Source: Basidiobolus meristosporus CBS 931.73
Lineage: Eukaryota > Fungi > Basidiobolomycota
Length of the DNA: 64,000 nt
Assembly: GCA_002104905.1 (NCBI GenBank)
Contig: MCFE01000003.1
Coordinates: 62,001 to 126,000 of the forward strand
Direction of reading: 5' to 3'
Below, one piece after another: positions 1-13,809 of the stretch. A program made the translations under genes and the position numbers. The notes under the pieces are model-generated. The model was not told where the DNA came from and did not search any database. It saw only the letters and a list, made by a program, of their open reading frames with translations. The first letter of the stretch is position 1. Each line of letters opens with the position of its first letter.

Positions 1-59
1 AGGTAGGGGTATAAATGTCCGCTAATAGAGATCCATTATAAAATACAAACGAAATCCTT

Positions 60-2137
60 TCAAGACCGCTTTCGTTGGTTTTGGTAAGCAGAGGAATCTG
101 GTGATCGAGTAATTACTTCAGTGATTACTTCATCGATGCTTGTTTCTGATGACAGAGGCCTAGAGCTGGGCTGGGAATCACCGTCCTGCGGCATAGAAAT
201 TGGTGTCAAGTCTTTCAGTGGATTGCCTCCACCCATTCGGGTAAATTCAGTGTGTGCAACCTTTCTTTTGAGTAGCCTTAAGGTCTCCAAAAGTAAGTTA
301 CAATAGTTACCACAGTTTTTCCAAAGCAGGCTCAAATGTCTCAACACCCTTACTAAGAATTTGAAGCATGTTAGTGATCTTTGAGACTGCTCAGAATTTT
401 TAGATCTAGCGCCATGCAGATAGAAAACTGCGGCACTATACACCGAACAACCAAAGAAAGGATGTATTCGAATTGGAGGCACCTCCTTGATACCGTTAAC
501 GACCGCAAGAATATACTTTGCCGCCACAAAGGATTCCCTTAAGGCTGGGCCGAAATACTGGGACTTGACGTTGTAAGCCATCTCTTGGCCGGGAACACGC
601 ATCTTTGTGGAGAGCAGCTTAATTGTGACTGCGTGCTTCAGTGAAATTATAAACGAACTGAATAAATATGCATCGCTCTTCTGGGTATGCTTCTCAGGTG
701 TAAGACGTAAATCTTGCGGTAGAAATGTCTCCCAATTCTCTACAGCAGTACTGAGTACTGAAAATTCTCTCAGTTGCATCTCCTCTGACAAAAGGTCCAC
801 TTCGTCGTAATATTTGTTCACTCTCGCAAAAATTATTGAAAGCGTGATCAGAGAAGAAAATTGGTTCAATTGGAACTCGTCTTCCACGCTAAATACCGGC
901 AAACCATTGATTAGCTTCAAACGTGGATTTTGTGCTGGCATTCCGTTCTCCCAATTCGAGCATTCTACCGGCAATGATAAAGCAACATCGGCTATGTTGA
1001 CAGTTACGGGATATTTCCCCTCCGCTGAGAGAATGTGATCTAAAGTGCAGCAGTACCACCAAGCTCTTCTTTTTGTCTCAACATCAACCCACGTTTGCTG
1101 AGTCCATGTTTTCCGAGTAGTTCGAGTACTCATCCATTCTATGAATCTTCATAAGCTGGCTCAGCCTATAAAAGAGTTAGATCTCAAGCCACAGTACGCA
1201 AGACTCAACCAGAGAAGGGGAATATTTTGACTGACCTAATGGCTATACCTATTTTGTAAATGGTTATTATTGTAGTTACTTGTGGGAGAAAATTACCCAA
1301 CATACCAATGTAGATATAAGATCGATTCTGACGTCCACATGAGATCTCATACAGACTCATTATCAAAAGCGACTGTAAAACCTCAATGGATGCGTCATCG
1401 CAGGAAGACAGTATATTGTCCTCAAAGTATTGAGAGTGAGTGGAATCCGGGTTCTCCTCGACATATCTTGAGGCAAGAGCGCAGACACTACTCAGCAGAA
1501 GTCTATGTACACTTCCCTGATGGTAATTCATCAGGAAGTTCGTTTTGTGTATTATTGGAATATGAATATAGATGTGATCGAAGAAGGCCGATATCAGCAT
1601 GCTTTCGGAGTCAGCATTCGTGAGAGCGCCGTCGGAATATGAAAATTCGCTAGGAGAGTAGGGGGAAGGAGTCAGCTGAGTAGTGGAACTAGAGTCTGGA
1701 CTTGACAATAAGCTGATAGGGTTCTGCATGTCAGTATCGTGTTCAGTTTCAGAAAGAAGCGAGGGATTATCCGGGATGGGAAAGCCATTTGATGGATTGC
1801 AAGTACGGATGAATTGATCGTCAGTTAATCCGCCATTCTCCTCCATACCCTCGCTAGCTTGGGAGGAAGTTACCTCAAATATTTTGCCTCCATCCATTTT
1901 CAATACTGTCTGTTGAAAGTTCCCCGACACGCCCGAAAGAAACCCAAAAGCGTCTGTCATACTCTGCCGTGGTCCTCTGCGCTTAGTCCCCGTTAAGAAC
2001 GTGCACGGGATATTCAGACGGCTACAAGTACTACAGGAAGGTTTAAGGGCATCGCAGCGAACTTTCATTTTGCGACAACAATCACAAGCCTGGGTAAGTC
2101 GTTTACGCTTTGACGAGGAAGAGAAATCGAAATTCAT
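60..2137 (-). CDS. Zn(II)2Cys6 fungal transcription factor with fungal-specific TF (middle homology) domain; spliced
   Basis: ORF 1205-2137 begins with ACDCCRKMKVRCDALKPSCSTCSRLNIPC. FFDHIYIHIPIIH and the downstream exon ORF 60-1133 (RRAWWYCCTLD) match the Fungal_trans pattern. The two ORFs are joined by an intron near 1.15-1.28 kb. Confidence 0.9.
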
Positions 2138-2399
2138 TACACAAGAAAAAAATACTAAATCTAATATGTATGAACTGGCCTACTGAAAGCAAACACACAA
2201 AAACACAGACCAAGCCAGGTGCAACTGAAGAGAAACTATTATTATAAAAAATGAAGAGATGAAGATAGAGGTCTTGAGAAGGCCCATCGGTTCCTAATAT
2301 AGTAGCACGAACCAAGGTTAAAGTTTATGTCAAATAATATTACCACAGCCTGATTTAGTACTTTCATGCGCATTTAGCTGGTGCCAGATGAACTAGATC

Positions 2400-3700
2400 A
2401 GGGAATGCTCAATTTTAACATGCAAGATCATGAATCACCGTGGACAGAAATATTCGGAAAGTCCCGATTAATGAGGGCATTTATCCAAAAGGTAGTGAAA
2501 CACCAGTCTAAATCGCAGTTTGATCTGTTATGAAGGTTTGCAACGTTGATATTGATGAAGGGTCAGGTAAGAGTAATGGCTTTATCGGAGCGCAATGACG
2601 CTGTATTGGCTACAGGACTTGAGTGAAATCAGCAATGGTATCATATGACGTACGTACAAGTAGTTGATATAGTTAAATTGCCAAAATACTGAACGAACAC
2701 AAGAGTTACCTTTAACAGGAACTCTTCATTGTCGACCAGCCTTTATCCGAATCAACCATGGCAGCAGGGATTGCTATTATTTGATGTTGCTCATTCCAAT
2801 AATGTACACGTGTTACGCGGAATAATTCCGTGTGTAGAACGGCAATTCTTGATCACTCTAGATCAGCATTGTGATTTATGTGACAGTCCAAAATTTGGGA
2901 GCAAGAAGCCCAGTTGGATTTGGACGCCAAGCCTGAAGGAGTCACTTTTACTACCCTACATTGATACACAAGCTCGCGTACGGATTAATATACTCCTTGA
3001 AGAGTTCAAGGTGGCATTGTGATACTCTCGTGTGAAATATCTCTACTCTGAATGTATATTCGTACAAAAGCATCAGCTATCCCTCCCCATAAAGGCATAG
3101 AAGAAAAGTATTGAACAATTCCCGCAAATAGAGCGCCAGGTAGATGGACTAATCCATCATCTTGACCCTGCTTAGTCTTGATGACCTACCCATGCTGTCG
3201 GAGTGGTAGCACTATTAGCTAAATTGTGGGGAAGTAGTAAGTTTGTGGTGTGCTTTCGATATCGCAATGCTGACATCAAAACGCAGTCAATATCATGAAG
3301 CAGGCGGCTTACAGAAGAACTTACCGGAGCATGCATCCTTTCTCCATATTCCGACGCCTCACGAGTGATCCTCAGCCGAGATATCGGCCGTTTCAAACCC
3401 ATCGAACCTTATCATACTGGAAATACAAAATATTCATGTTCACCTGCTATTCTAACAAGTGGATTAAATCTTAATCTCGATAGTGGTATGAAGGATTACC
3501 CTGGATGAGAAATTTCGTACCCGAAGCAGAATTTTGTGGTATGTCCGATGTGGATGGAACTGGTTTCTGGCTTTTCCCTGCGACTTCGAAGGAAAATTAT
3601 ATTGAAACATTTATTTCCTAATCGGTTCTCGAAGCAACTGCTCCTCTAAATGAGGAGTAGGTAGAGGAAGGGAGCTGCTTGAAAAGGAAAGCCAAAGAAG
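2400..3700. other. Possible intron-rich, unannotated coding locus (strand and product unresolved)
   Basis: Coding-like composition, several GTAAG/CTAAC/YAG-like signals on both strands and short open segments, but I could not build a consistent spliced frame. Confidence 0.2.
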
Positions 3701-4125
3701 CTGCTCTGGAAATTGTGACTCATGAGAAAGTGAGTATATATTACGAAAGCCCAATGCCTCACTATTGGTTAAAGATAACCAGGTAGTAAATATAATATTA
3801 AGCTTGAGAAATTTCAAGGGCACAGAGGGTGGTGACCTTTTGTATACTCATAATTAGAGAAAGAATTCTACGTCTAAACTGGTAAAGTGGGTAAATTACT
3901 GAGTACTACATCAGATCGAGTATGCCTTGATTGTCAATTATTTCCTATTTGCTTGAACCGCTAGTAGGACGAACTGGTATCTGATTGTTGATTTTTTGTC
4001 GTGTTGCTAGTGAATATATACCTATAGCCAAACCTAACCCTAGTGTGATGCTTGCTAATTGGATATTGATTATCTACACTATATATGATTTGCATGTCTG
4101 ATTTAACTCTTGCTCTTGCTACACC

Positions 4126-5706
4126 ATGAGCACTAGTTTGTGTGGAGACATAGAACGACAGCAACGCGTGGCTAAGTATTTGGCTGAAGTAGAAACCTTA
4201 AAATCAGCGGACCTATTCAGAGTTTGTGGAAATATTGGTGATCGTTGAGAGTGATATTAACTCGATATTATTATTGCCAGGAGGAAAGTCTCAGTGACGA
4301 TGGTTCTTTCGACAAAATCAATGAAGTGTATACAACTAGTATCGATAGACAAACGACCTCTGGCTCAGAGCTAGAAAATACAGATGTTTCAAATCTCAGC
4401 GAAAATGAATCTTCGAAGAGTGCGAGTGAGGACGATGAGTTGTGGAAGAAGCTCGGGGAAATGAGTCTAGTCAGCCTTAATAGAACCCCTAAAAAAAGTA
4501 CCAAAAGGTTTCCAGTAAAAGGCTCTCCACAGAATTCAGAAGTTGCTCAGCCGATCGTTACTAGAGGAGCGAAAAAGAAAAGCACGTCGGAAGAAAACGC
4601 ACGCTTTATGGCCGTTTTGAATGGGTCTTTCCCTCGCAGTTACAGTAGGAACGAAGAGAAGGGGAAGCCAGAGGGATATCTCTCTGTCACAGAGGATGCC
4701 TCCAGTAACCCTACAAAGGGAACTTTTCCCCTTAATCGAACACAACCAAAGCTGCCAATGAAGAGCAACATCCAAATCAAAAAAGCCGCTCAAGGTATGA
4801 AATCTCCACCCCAAAAGCAAATGCTTTTGAGTGAGCCCACTGCATCTGCAGGCTCCGATTCTGAAGGTATCGAAATAGAACAGCTCATATATAACAACGA
4901 CTCCCCGACCACAAATATTCAAGGTAAGTTACAGTGCGCGCTTTCCACTTATGCCATACTCAACAATACTGGATTACCCATAGTTTCAAGGCGCCCTGCA
5001 ACCTCCGAACCAGTCATTAAGTCAAAAGGCAAAGGCCAAACGCAAAATGAAAAATACAGACAAGACAAACCGAGCCCAATCAATACCAACAACCAAACTA
5101 CAGACATTTATCACATCAACGGGTTGATCCATAGATTTGTAAAAGATCCCAAACTGTTGAGCATTTCGTTACAGCCTATGGATAAAGCGATGCGCCAATC
5201 TGTTCACCTCCTCGCCAATGTATATAACCTGAAGTCCAAAAGTCAAGGGGCTGGTGATAAAAGGTATATGGATACATGTCTAATATGCCTGACTGTTTAT
5301 TCACTTTCAATTCTATGTTAGATACCCAGTGCTTTATCGGACCATGAATACAACAGCAAAGCCAAATCAAGGCAAAATTCGACGAATCCTTCGCTCCAAT
5401 TGCGCCCAACGTAACTCAGAAACTGCCCACAAATCAGCTGGTAAAGACAAATTAAAGGACAAAGCCTCTACACCCTCGAAACCCTCCAGGATGTACAACC
5501 CCAATTCACCGGTCCCACCGGTAGGCTCTGTAGTGGGTCAGTTTGCCAGGCCTATCGAAGAGTCAAATATTGGCCATCAGATGTTGCAAAAGATGGGTTG
5601 GTCACCTGGTAAAGGTTTGACATCTGGTTCATCCTCTGGTAGAGCCACTCCAGTCGAAGTGATCGTAAGAGGTAGAAGCCGCCGTGGTCTAGGAGGTGCA
5701 TTATGA
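4126..5706 (+). CDS. SQS1: R3H + G-patch domain protein (Sqs1/Pfa1-like); spliced
   Basis: R3H-like PMDKAMRQSVHLLANVYNLKSKSQGAGDKR|YPVLYRT and C-terminal G-patch SNIGHQMLQKMGWSPGKGL...RRGLG. Start inferred at ATG 4126, with an intron before 4277 and one at about 5267-5320. Confidence 0.75.
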
Positions 5707-6205
5707 TGTATTACGAAATTTATTAAATGAAAGTGTTGGCAACAACAATCATATCCATGTAAAGTTCACTAAAAACTGTTACTTTGCTCTATCTGAGCCA
5801 AGCTACGCAACAGCAACCGTAAGCCCATGATATGGAAGGATGATCAGTCATGATCTAAAAATAATAGAATGTCAACCTGAGCCATATCGGTTGGTTTACA
5901 TGATAATGTATATATTGAAAGAACACACTTGGAAAGCGAACAATACGACAGGTTGACTGATAAGTTGCGCGATAGAGATACAAGCTTTATGCAACTTTCT
6001 AAAAAATAACCGAACTCGAGTTCGCGTCAATGCAAATACAGCTGGAAACTGGGATGACAAGTGAAGTGCAGAAGAGAATATCACAAGAAAAATGGAATTA
6101 ACATTACAATATGAGTAAATCAACCAAAAAGCCAAATACACTGAAACTAAGCGCCAAGGTTAGCGCGATATGTATATACTATATTACGTTCTAGTGGCAC
6201 AGCGC

Positions 6206-7604
6206 CTAATTAGCAGTCATACCACCTTCCGAAAGAGTGATTAGCAATTGATTGAGGGCTCTTTTGACAACCACATCATCTTTGATCACTGGGACAAAGG
6301 TGTTGTCGCGTAGTGGGCCGGGCAAGCATGCTCGAAGAGCCTCGCGCGCTCTGGAAATGAACGATGGATACGAGAATTAGTAAACAAGATACACCCTTGA
6401 TGGCACCAAGTTTCACAATTAGCAAACCTTTGATTCTCGGCCAAACGAAGATAGCAACGAATCACATGCTTCAATAAGCGGCTTGACTGACTTTCAGTTA
6501 GATGCATCACCATATTCTCAAGCACAGTGATTACAGCAGAAAAGCGTTCATACGTCTGGCATATATACAACAATCCATAATCATCCTGAAGGATTTTTTG
6601 CAATATAAAGATGGCGACCTGCGGATCCATGAATTTAGGTCAACCAAATCCGAATATCAGTTCTTAATGATGCACTTACAGTTTTGGAGAGTTCTGCGCC
6701 ATGATTCATTATGCGAAGGCATATAGGTATGATTTCCGTGTTCAACAAAAAACTGACCACTTCCGGTGAATCTTGCTATGTAAAGCGAATGGCTTTAGGA
6801 TGAATGCTTGGATGTGAAAACGCTAAAACGTACCTTAACAAGAGCCCCAATAACACCCAATGCAGTGAGTCGTAAATATTCGAAAGGCTTGGCATTGTCC
6901 GTGGTATTTAACATTGGATACAAGAAATACGGGAAATGTGCTATATTTGATTGTCCTGTTAGCCTAGTCTTTTGATAAACGCAGCGAATTCGGGTACATA
7001 CTGCTGAGAAAGGGTAGTCTTGTTTCTGTGTGACTAGCGACGCATTGAAGAAGTGCAAGGGAGTTGCAAACACGGTTCGAAATGGCAGAAGGAAGATCCG
7101 AATCAAGCAACGGATACACGGTGACAATTTCCTGTAACAAGATCGACATAACACCTTGGTTTATTGAGCTCAAATTAGTAAGCGACCGATAAAGTTAGTC
7201 ATATACAACCTACCATAGGAATTCCATAAGACTACAGCGAGATCTTCGAAAGTCTCGCGTCTTTTTGCCAATTGACTCAACGCTTGCTCTCGAGTATCAG
7301 GATGAAATAAATCAAGAATGAAAGAATAGATGGCCTCTTCCTCCATTAGCGTGTACCTCTGCTGCTGAAACGATCCGCTAGCAGCGGCGTTACCAGCGTT
7401 ATTCGCGCCATAATAGGGATCATTCAACGCGTTATTCAAATTCTGCATGCTGTTGGCACCACTATTCAAAGCTATTACGCGGTATCATTGGATCAATAAG
7501 GTGAACAAGTAATTTGTGATATTATGAAGCCAGCACCCACCTTGGTTAAGCTGTAGGTATTGTTGAAGCTGATGGCTACCGTTCTGTTGGCCTAAGGTAT
7601 GCAT
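6206..7604 (-). CDS. CAF40: CCR4-NOT subunit Caf40/Rcd1/CNOT9; multi-exon
   Basis: Exon peptides [100 protein letters not shown] and [10 protein letters not shown]. Stop TAG at 6206-6208; in-frame first exon from ATG 7604. Confidence 0.95.
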
Positions 7605-8327
7605 AACGCTAATTCCAAGAACCTGCACGGAGATGTACAATCTATTAAGTAGCTTTGGCAAGACAAAGGTTTAGGCGAGAATAATAGGCGGCATTCACTT
7701 AAATCGGAAGCATTGAAATCATCAGTATTTTATTCCCAATATTTTTACGATGGTTTATTCACTAGTAATAGTCACCTTCAACAGCTCTGGCACGAAGCAG
7801 CGTGAGTGGACCAAAATAGATCGGTGGAGATGGTACGCGTTCAATCATAACAAGGAATTTTCCTAGCGACCATTGGCCATGAAAGTATTCGTACAAAAAC
7901 AACAAATTACTGATGTTGACAGTGTAAACAAAATGGAGCCGAAAGAAAAATCAGATTTTGAAGGTCAAAAAAAGTTTTTCGCCCTATCGATTCGTCAAAA
8001 TCAATTGAAGTGCAAATGGCACGGGAGAGGTGGTTGTGAGGGAGGGTTGGATTATGGTGGTCAAAGTATGCCGAAGTGAAATAATTCATCGATGATTTGA
8101 AGTTTTTACCTTCTTTCAGCTAAACTACCCTCCTAACTTGGCTAAACCATTTAGACTAGATATTCTGTTTCCCTCATTATAATCCCTATCCTTAGTGTTA
8201 TTATCTAACTTACATACTTACTAGTATCCCTCCATATATTATATTGGACTGACCCTATTCCCATAACCCTATACTCTGCCTAGCCCTAAAGCCTACCCTC
8301 AACTGTTTTGTTATATTGGCGTCGTAT

Positions 8328-11300
8328 ATGGCTGGTATGTTTCTTTTTCTTCAACGACTCTATGCGTCTTGATCATCGACCACTTGATCATTTCTTTTTT
8401 CTTTCTTCGTTTGAGCCCGTTTGCTTTGGTTCGTTGTTTTCCACGTTCGACCAGTCCTACCGTGCGTTCTTTGTTTTGCTCTGAAGCGCACACTACTCCA
8501 TACCGTTCTTTCTTTATTTCCAACTATGTCTAGCCTCGGGTTTTCACGGTGGCGGGAGTTTTCGTGGGAAACACTTCCACGCGCCACGGAAAACTAGGGC
8601 ATGACTCCAATTTCCTTCAACACACTTTGCTGTGATTGTCTAGTTGCTTTGCACACTCCTCGCACTATGTCTCCTTCTTATCTCTCACCAGATGATCAAG
8701 ATTAGCTTTACCATTTAGACGTGTATTGTCCGAGCCTCGTCTAACCATTTTACATCCCCTTTTTGTTGATCAATCTGTTGTATACTCGAATCGCAAGCAG
8801 CAACAGAGGTAGATACTCCGTATGACGGTCTCAGAAGTGCTAGCGAGGGTGGTGAAGATAATGAAAGTGTGGTATCTGTATCTGCGTCCGACTATGAATC
8901 CGACCCTGGTGCGTCAAGCGGATTAGATCACAAAAGACAAGGTCGTCGTCCAACTCCCGTCACTCAGTCATTGAATGCGAGCAGTGAGAACGAAATGGAG
9001 CGTAAGCCAACCCTCAAAGGTAACAAAAGAATCATCACAGAAGAGAGTAGCGAAGAGCAAGAGACATTCGAAACAAACAAAGATGTTCCTCACACTGAGA
9101 GCGAATTCTCGGATGGATTTTCTCAAGATCATGTCATAGATGACACCTTTGAAGAGGTTGTTGGTTCCGATGATTCCATACCGATCCCACCACCCAAAAG
9201 ACGTCTAAATGGTCTTGGTCAAAGTCGGAAGTCAAACACAGACACATATGACCCCGAATTATTTGGGTTGCGTCGTTCGTCTCGGCCACACATACCGTCC
9301 AACACAAACAAGGTATGCGGCCCAGGTTTTAGTTTAACTGGCGCCAAGTGCATTGCTAACTTGCCTTATAATCGCATTAGGATTCAGAGTCTGAGGATGA
9401 ATCCGAGGATGATTTCGAATCACAAAGCTCTAGCAGTGAGTCCGAAGAGTTTGACGAAGATAGCGACAGCGATTACGGTTCTCGAAGTAAAAAGAAGAAG
9501 AGCAACCTCAAGGCGGCTAACTCTCGTAGAGCTGCTGCGAAACGTAAGTCATTCATCTGGTTTAACTTACCCACTACACGCGTTAAGGCTTGTTCGTTTT
9601 TAGGGAGTCGGTTTATTATGGACGAGGATGACGAGGTCGAGAATTTACGCATGCAAGGTGATGCTGAATCCAACTCGAGTGATGGTGAATGGGGGTCTAA
9701 GAAGAAATCTTCTCGGAGGCGGAAGTGTACGTGTTCCTATTTCTATAATATCAATGATAATTTGTATTGTGATAGAGGCTGATCCAACTTTCTTGTTCAG
9801 TGGTCTCAAGAGCATTTCGTAGCTCCACAGAATCACCATTGCCGGAGGTTCGGTTCTCGATGCGAAGCAGATCCGTTAAAAGTTACAACTGAGAATGACA
9901 TCCTTCGGAGCCAGCTCTGAAGGCGAAGTGGAATTTAATGAATCCTATGCTCCCACTCCAGTCACAGAAGAGGGTATGTTTAGTCTGGATGGGATGCTGA
10001 ATGTCCTGACGAAGCTAACCAATTTCCATAGACGAGGGTGATGTTATTGACAGTGTTCATGACTTTAGATTAGTCAGTGGCGCCGGTACGTTGAAGTTTA
10101 TATATGCGTGTGTGTGTGTGTGTGTCGAAATCATGAACGACTCATGGTTTTTACAACAGATCCTTCGTGTATTGAGGACTCTGACGAATACATCGAGAAC
10201 CTAGAATTCCTTATCAAGTGGAAGAAATACAGCCACCTTCACAACACCTGGGACAAATATGAGTATCTCAAAGGCTTCAAAGGAATTAAGAAGCTTGACA
10301 ATTACATTCGAAATATTGTCTTGGAGGACCAGTACATGCGAATGAATCCCGAGACCAGTCGGGAGGAGTTGGAGCAGCACGACATCAATATGGAGATTGA
10401 ACGGGATATGCTCAAGGATTATAAAACAATAGAGCGTATTATTGCTTCAAGAGAATCTGAGCCGTCAGAGGAAAGGCCTTATCCCGTCACCGAGTATTTT
10501 TGCAAGTGGAAGAGACTTCCATACCAAGCATCGACCTGGGAGTCAGCAGACCTCATTTCTGGGGATTTCCAGAACGAAATCGATGCATTCCTCGATCGCG
10601 ACAGAAGCCAGACACTGCCGTTTAAAAGCACATCCTACAGCAGAGAGAGGCCAACCTTCAAGAAGATTGCCGTGCAGCCAGACTACCTTATTGGTGGAGA
10701 GCTTCGAGACTATCAATTGCACAGTCTGAACTGGATGGCATACTTATGGTCGCGTAACGAAAATGGTATATTGGCTGATGAAATGGGTTTGGGGAAGACT
10801 GTACAGACAATCGCAATCCTCTCTTATTTGTTCCACACCATGAAGATATATGGCCCATTTCTGGTTGTTGTGCCATTATCTACCATTGGCTCATGGCAGC
10901 GAGAGTTTGCCAAATGGGCGCCAGACATGAACCTGATCTGCTACATCGGCGACAACAAATCCAGAGGGATCATTCGTGATTACGAGTTTTACGTTAACTC
11001 CAACGCCCCCACCAAGAAGCTGAAGATGAATGTATGCTTAACTACGTTCGAGCTAGTGTTGAAGGACCGAGCTGAGCTAGGCGCCATCAAGTGGCAGTAT
11101 CTGGCCGTGGATGAAGCTCACCGGCTAAAGAACAATGACTCCCAACTGCACGAGACGCTCAAAGATTTCCACACAGTGAACCGGTTACTTGTTACCGGTA
11201 CGCCTCTTCAGAACTCGGTGAAGGAGCTCTATGCATTGGTTCACTTCCTGATGCCGGACAAGTTTGATCTGAACGGCGACTTCGAGATCAATGTTGGAGA

Positions 11301-13809
11301 AGAAAACCAGGAGGAAAAGATCCGCGAGCTCCACGAGCGATTGCGGCCTTACATGCTAAGAAGACTGAAAAAAGATGTTGAGAAGTCGCTACCCAGCAAA
11401 ACAGAGCGTATTTTGCGTGTTGAGTTGGCTCCTCTGCAGATCCATTACTACAAGAACATTCTTTCAAAGAATTTCAACGTGCTCAATAAGGGCGTAAGCG
11501 GCCCAGGCCAGCTCAGCCTCCTCAACATCGCTGTCGAGCTCAAGAAAGCTAGCAACCATCCCTATCTTTTCCCCACCGCAGAGGTTTACAATTCCAACAA
11601 GGATGAGCAGCTCAAGGGGATCATCATGAACAGTGGTAAAATGGTGCTTCTCGACAAGTTGCTGACTCGTTTACGTAAGGACGGTCATCGTGTGTTGATC
11701 TTTTCACAGATGGTCCGTTTATTGGATATAATGAGTGATTACCTCAGCTTACGTGGTTATCCTTACCAGCGCTTGGATGGCAGCGTAGGCTCCGAGGCTC
11801 GTAAGAAATCCATCGAGCATTTCAATGCTCCTGGGTCACCGGATTTTGTATTTATTCTTTCAACCCGCGCCGGTGGTCTGGGGATCAATCTCGAAACTGC
11901 CGACACGGTGATTATCTTTGACTCGGATTGGAACCCTCAGAACGACCTCCAAGCCATGGCCCGTGCTCATCGTATTGGCCAGAAGAATCACGTCAACGTG
12001 TATCGATTCGTCTCTAAGGATACGATAGAGGAGGACATCATCGAGCGTGCCAAGCGTAAGATGGTTCTTGAGTATTGCATTATCAAGCAGATGGATACAT
12101 CCGGGCTAAGCCTGCTTCAAAAGACCGCCCCCAAGACCAACGGAAACCCATTCAGCAAAGAGGAGCTGTCCGCCATTTTGAAGTTCGGTGCATCGAACAT
12201 GTTCAAAGAGCATGATAATCAGAAGAAACTGGATGACATGGATCTCGACGATATCCTGGCCAGAGCGGAACACCATGAAACCACCGAAGGTCAAGGGGCA
12301 ACGGACGGAGGTACCGACTTCCTGAACCAATTCGTAGTTACAGATTACGAAGCTGGTGCAGACTTGACGTGGGAGGACATTATCCCTGAACACGAACGCA
12401 AGCGTATCGAGGAGGAGGAGAAGGCAAAAGAAGAGGAGATGCTGTGGACTTCTCGTAAGAGAAATGTGGTCTCGTATGCCGATGACGGTCGAGCCGCTAT
12501 GAACAACGGTGAACCCGAAGAAAAAGGCAAGCGGCGCCGAGCAACTAGTAGACGAGCAAAGGGCAAATCAGATACCGAGCTCAACGATCGAGACGTTAAG
12601 GCCTTGGTTCGTTCGATGTTGAAGTTTGGTGATATACGACTTCGCTATGACCTTATTGTAGAGGATGCAGAGTTGGAAGAAAGAGGCCGCGATCTGGTTA
12701 TCCAACAGGCTGACGAATTAATGAAGACATGTGAGAAAGCCTTAAAGGAGGGTAGCGAAGAAGAGGGGTCCAGCAACAAGCGCGCTAGCAAGGTGGTCCA
12801 TGCAGTCTTTAATGGAGTGCCTGCCATCAATGCTGGTGCCTTGGTGCAGCGAGTTGGAGATCTCTCATGTCTATCAAACCGCTTGGAAGATGCCAATTTG
12901 GAGAAGTTTAGACTTTCATTCCCATTGAAGCCATACAAGCTAAACAGCAGGTGGGGTCAGAAAGATGACTCTATGCTTTTGGTTGGCATTTTCAAACATG
13001 GCTTTGGCAGTTGGGATAAAATCAAGGAGGACCCTTCTTTAGGGTTACATTCCAAAATGACGAAAGAAGACGCCTCCAAAGTATCCACAAAAACGGCCAA
13101 TTCTTTGACGAGACGTGGCGACTATCTTCTCAAAGCGTTGCGTGAATCTGAAGAGACAAAGCAGAAGTATCAAAGCGAAAGGGCAGCTCGAGGTTCTGGA
13201 AAGCATCAGCCGAAACCTTCGGCATCGAAAAAGTCCAAAGAAACCGCGGTGGCTACCAAAGAGCTGCCGAAGAAGACAGCGCTCAAGCACAAACGAAGAT
13301 CCCCTTCCCCCAAACCCGTCTCGGAAGATGAGGATTCCAGTAATGGATCTGAGTATGAGAGCATGGATGAGATGGTATGTAAAGATATGCTTCGCCCTGT
13401 CAAGCGAGAGCTACGCCGCCTTCGTGAGGATTCCAACCGATGCAACTCGGAAAGCGAAAAGGTGGCCATGATTAAAGAGTGTATGAGCGTGATTGGGCGT
13501 AAAATTGAAGAGCTTGTACAGCAGAAAAGAAGCGACAAGGAGAGGTGGCGGAAGCATCTCTGGGTGTTCGCGTCTTATTTCTGGCCTCGGACTGTATCTC
13601 ACAAGAAGCTGGTTGCTCTATACGAGAAACTAGAAGCCGGCAAATCCGCCTCCAAGGGAAGCGACAGAAGAAGGAGTGACCGACGCACCAGCGAGCGCTC
13701 CAGTAACGATAGTAAAAGGCGTAGATCCCGTGATCATGATGATGACTCTGGCTCAGATTACGGGTCACGTAAACATAGAAGACATTCACGTAGTAGCAGA
13801 CACCGCTAA
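8328..13809 (+). CDS. CHD1: Chromodomain-helicase-DNA-binding protein Chd1 (SNF2 family remodeler)
   Basis: Two chromodomains (FLIKWKKYSHLHNTW; YFCKWKRLPYQASTWE), ILADEMGLGKT, DEAH box, STRAGGLGINL, WNPQNDLQAMARAHRIGQ, SANT/SLIDE-like region and C-terminal DUF4208-like helices. Acidic N-terminal exons at 8.8-10 kb. The start at 8328 (ATGGCTG|gtatgt) is inferred. Confidence 0.95.
10108..10125. repeat. (GT)9 microsatellite in a CHD1 intron
   Basis: gtgtgtgtgtgtgtgtgt seen directly; it accounts for the artefactual MCVCVC start of the ORF call. Confidence 0.9.

Noticed and set aside
2624-2626. In-frame TGA in one possible plus-strand splice model (selenocysteine or readthrough idea)
   Set aside because: The splice model is unsupported, there is no redox motif or recognisable selenoprotein, and no SECIS was identified.
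8120-8300. Scattered CCCTA/TAACCC telomere-like motifs (also at about 4035)
   Set aside because: Not tandem; consistent with pyrimidine-rich promoter/5'UTR sequence.
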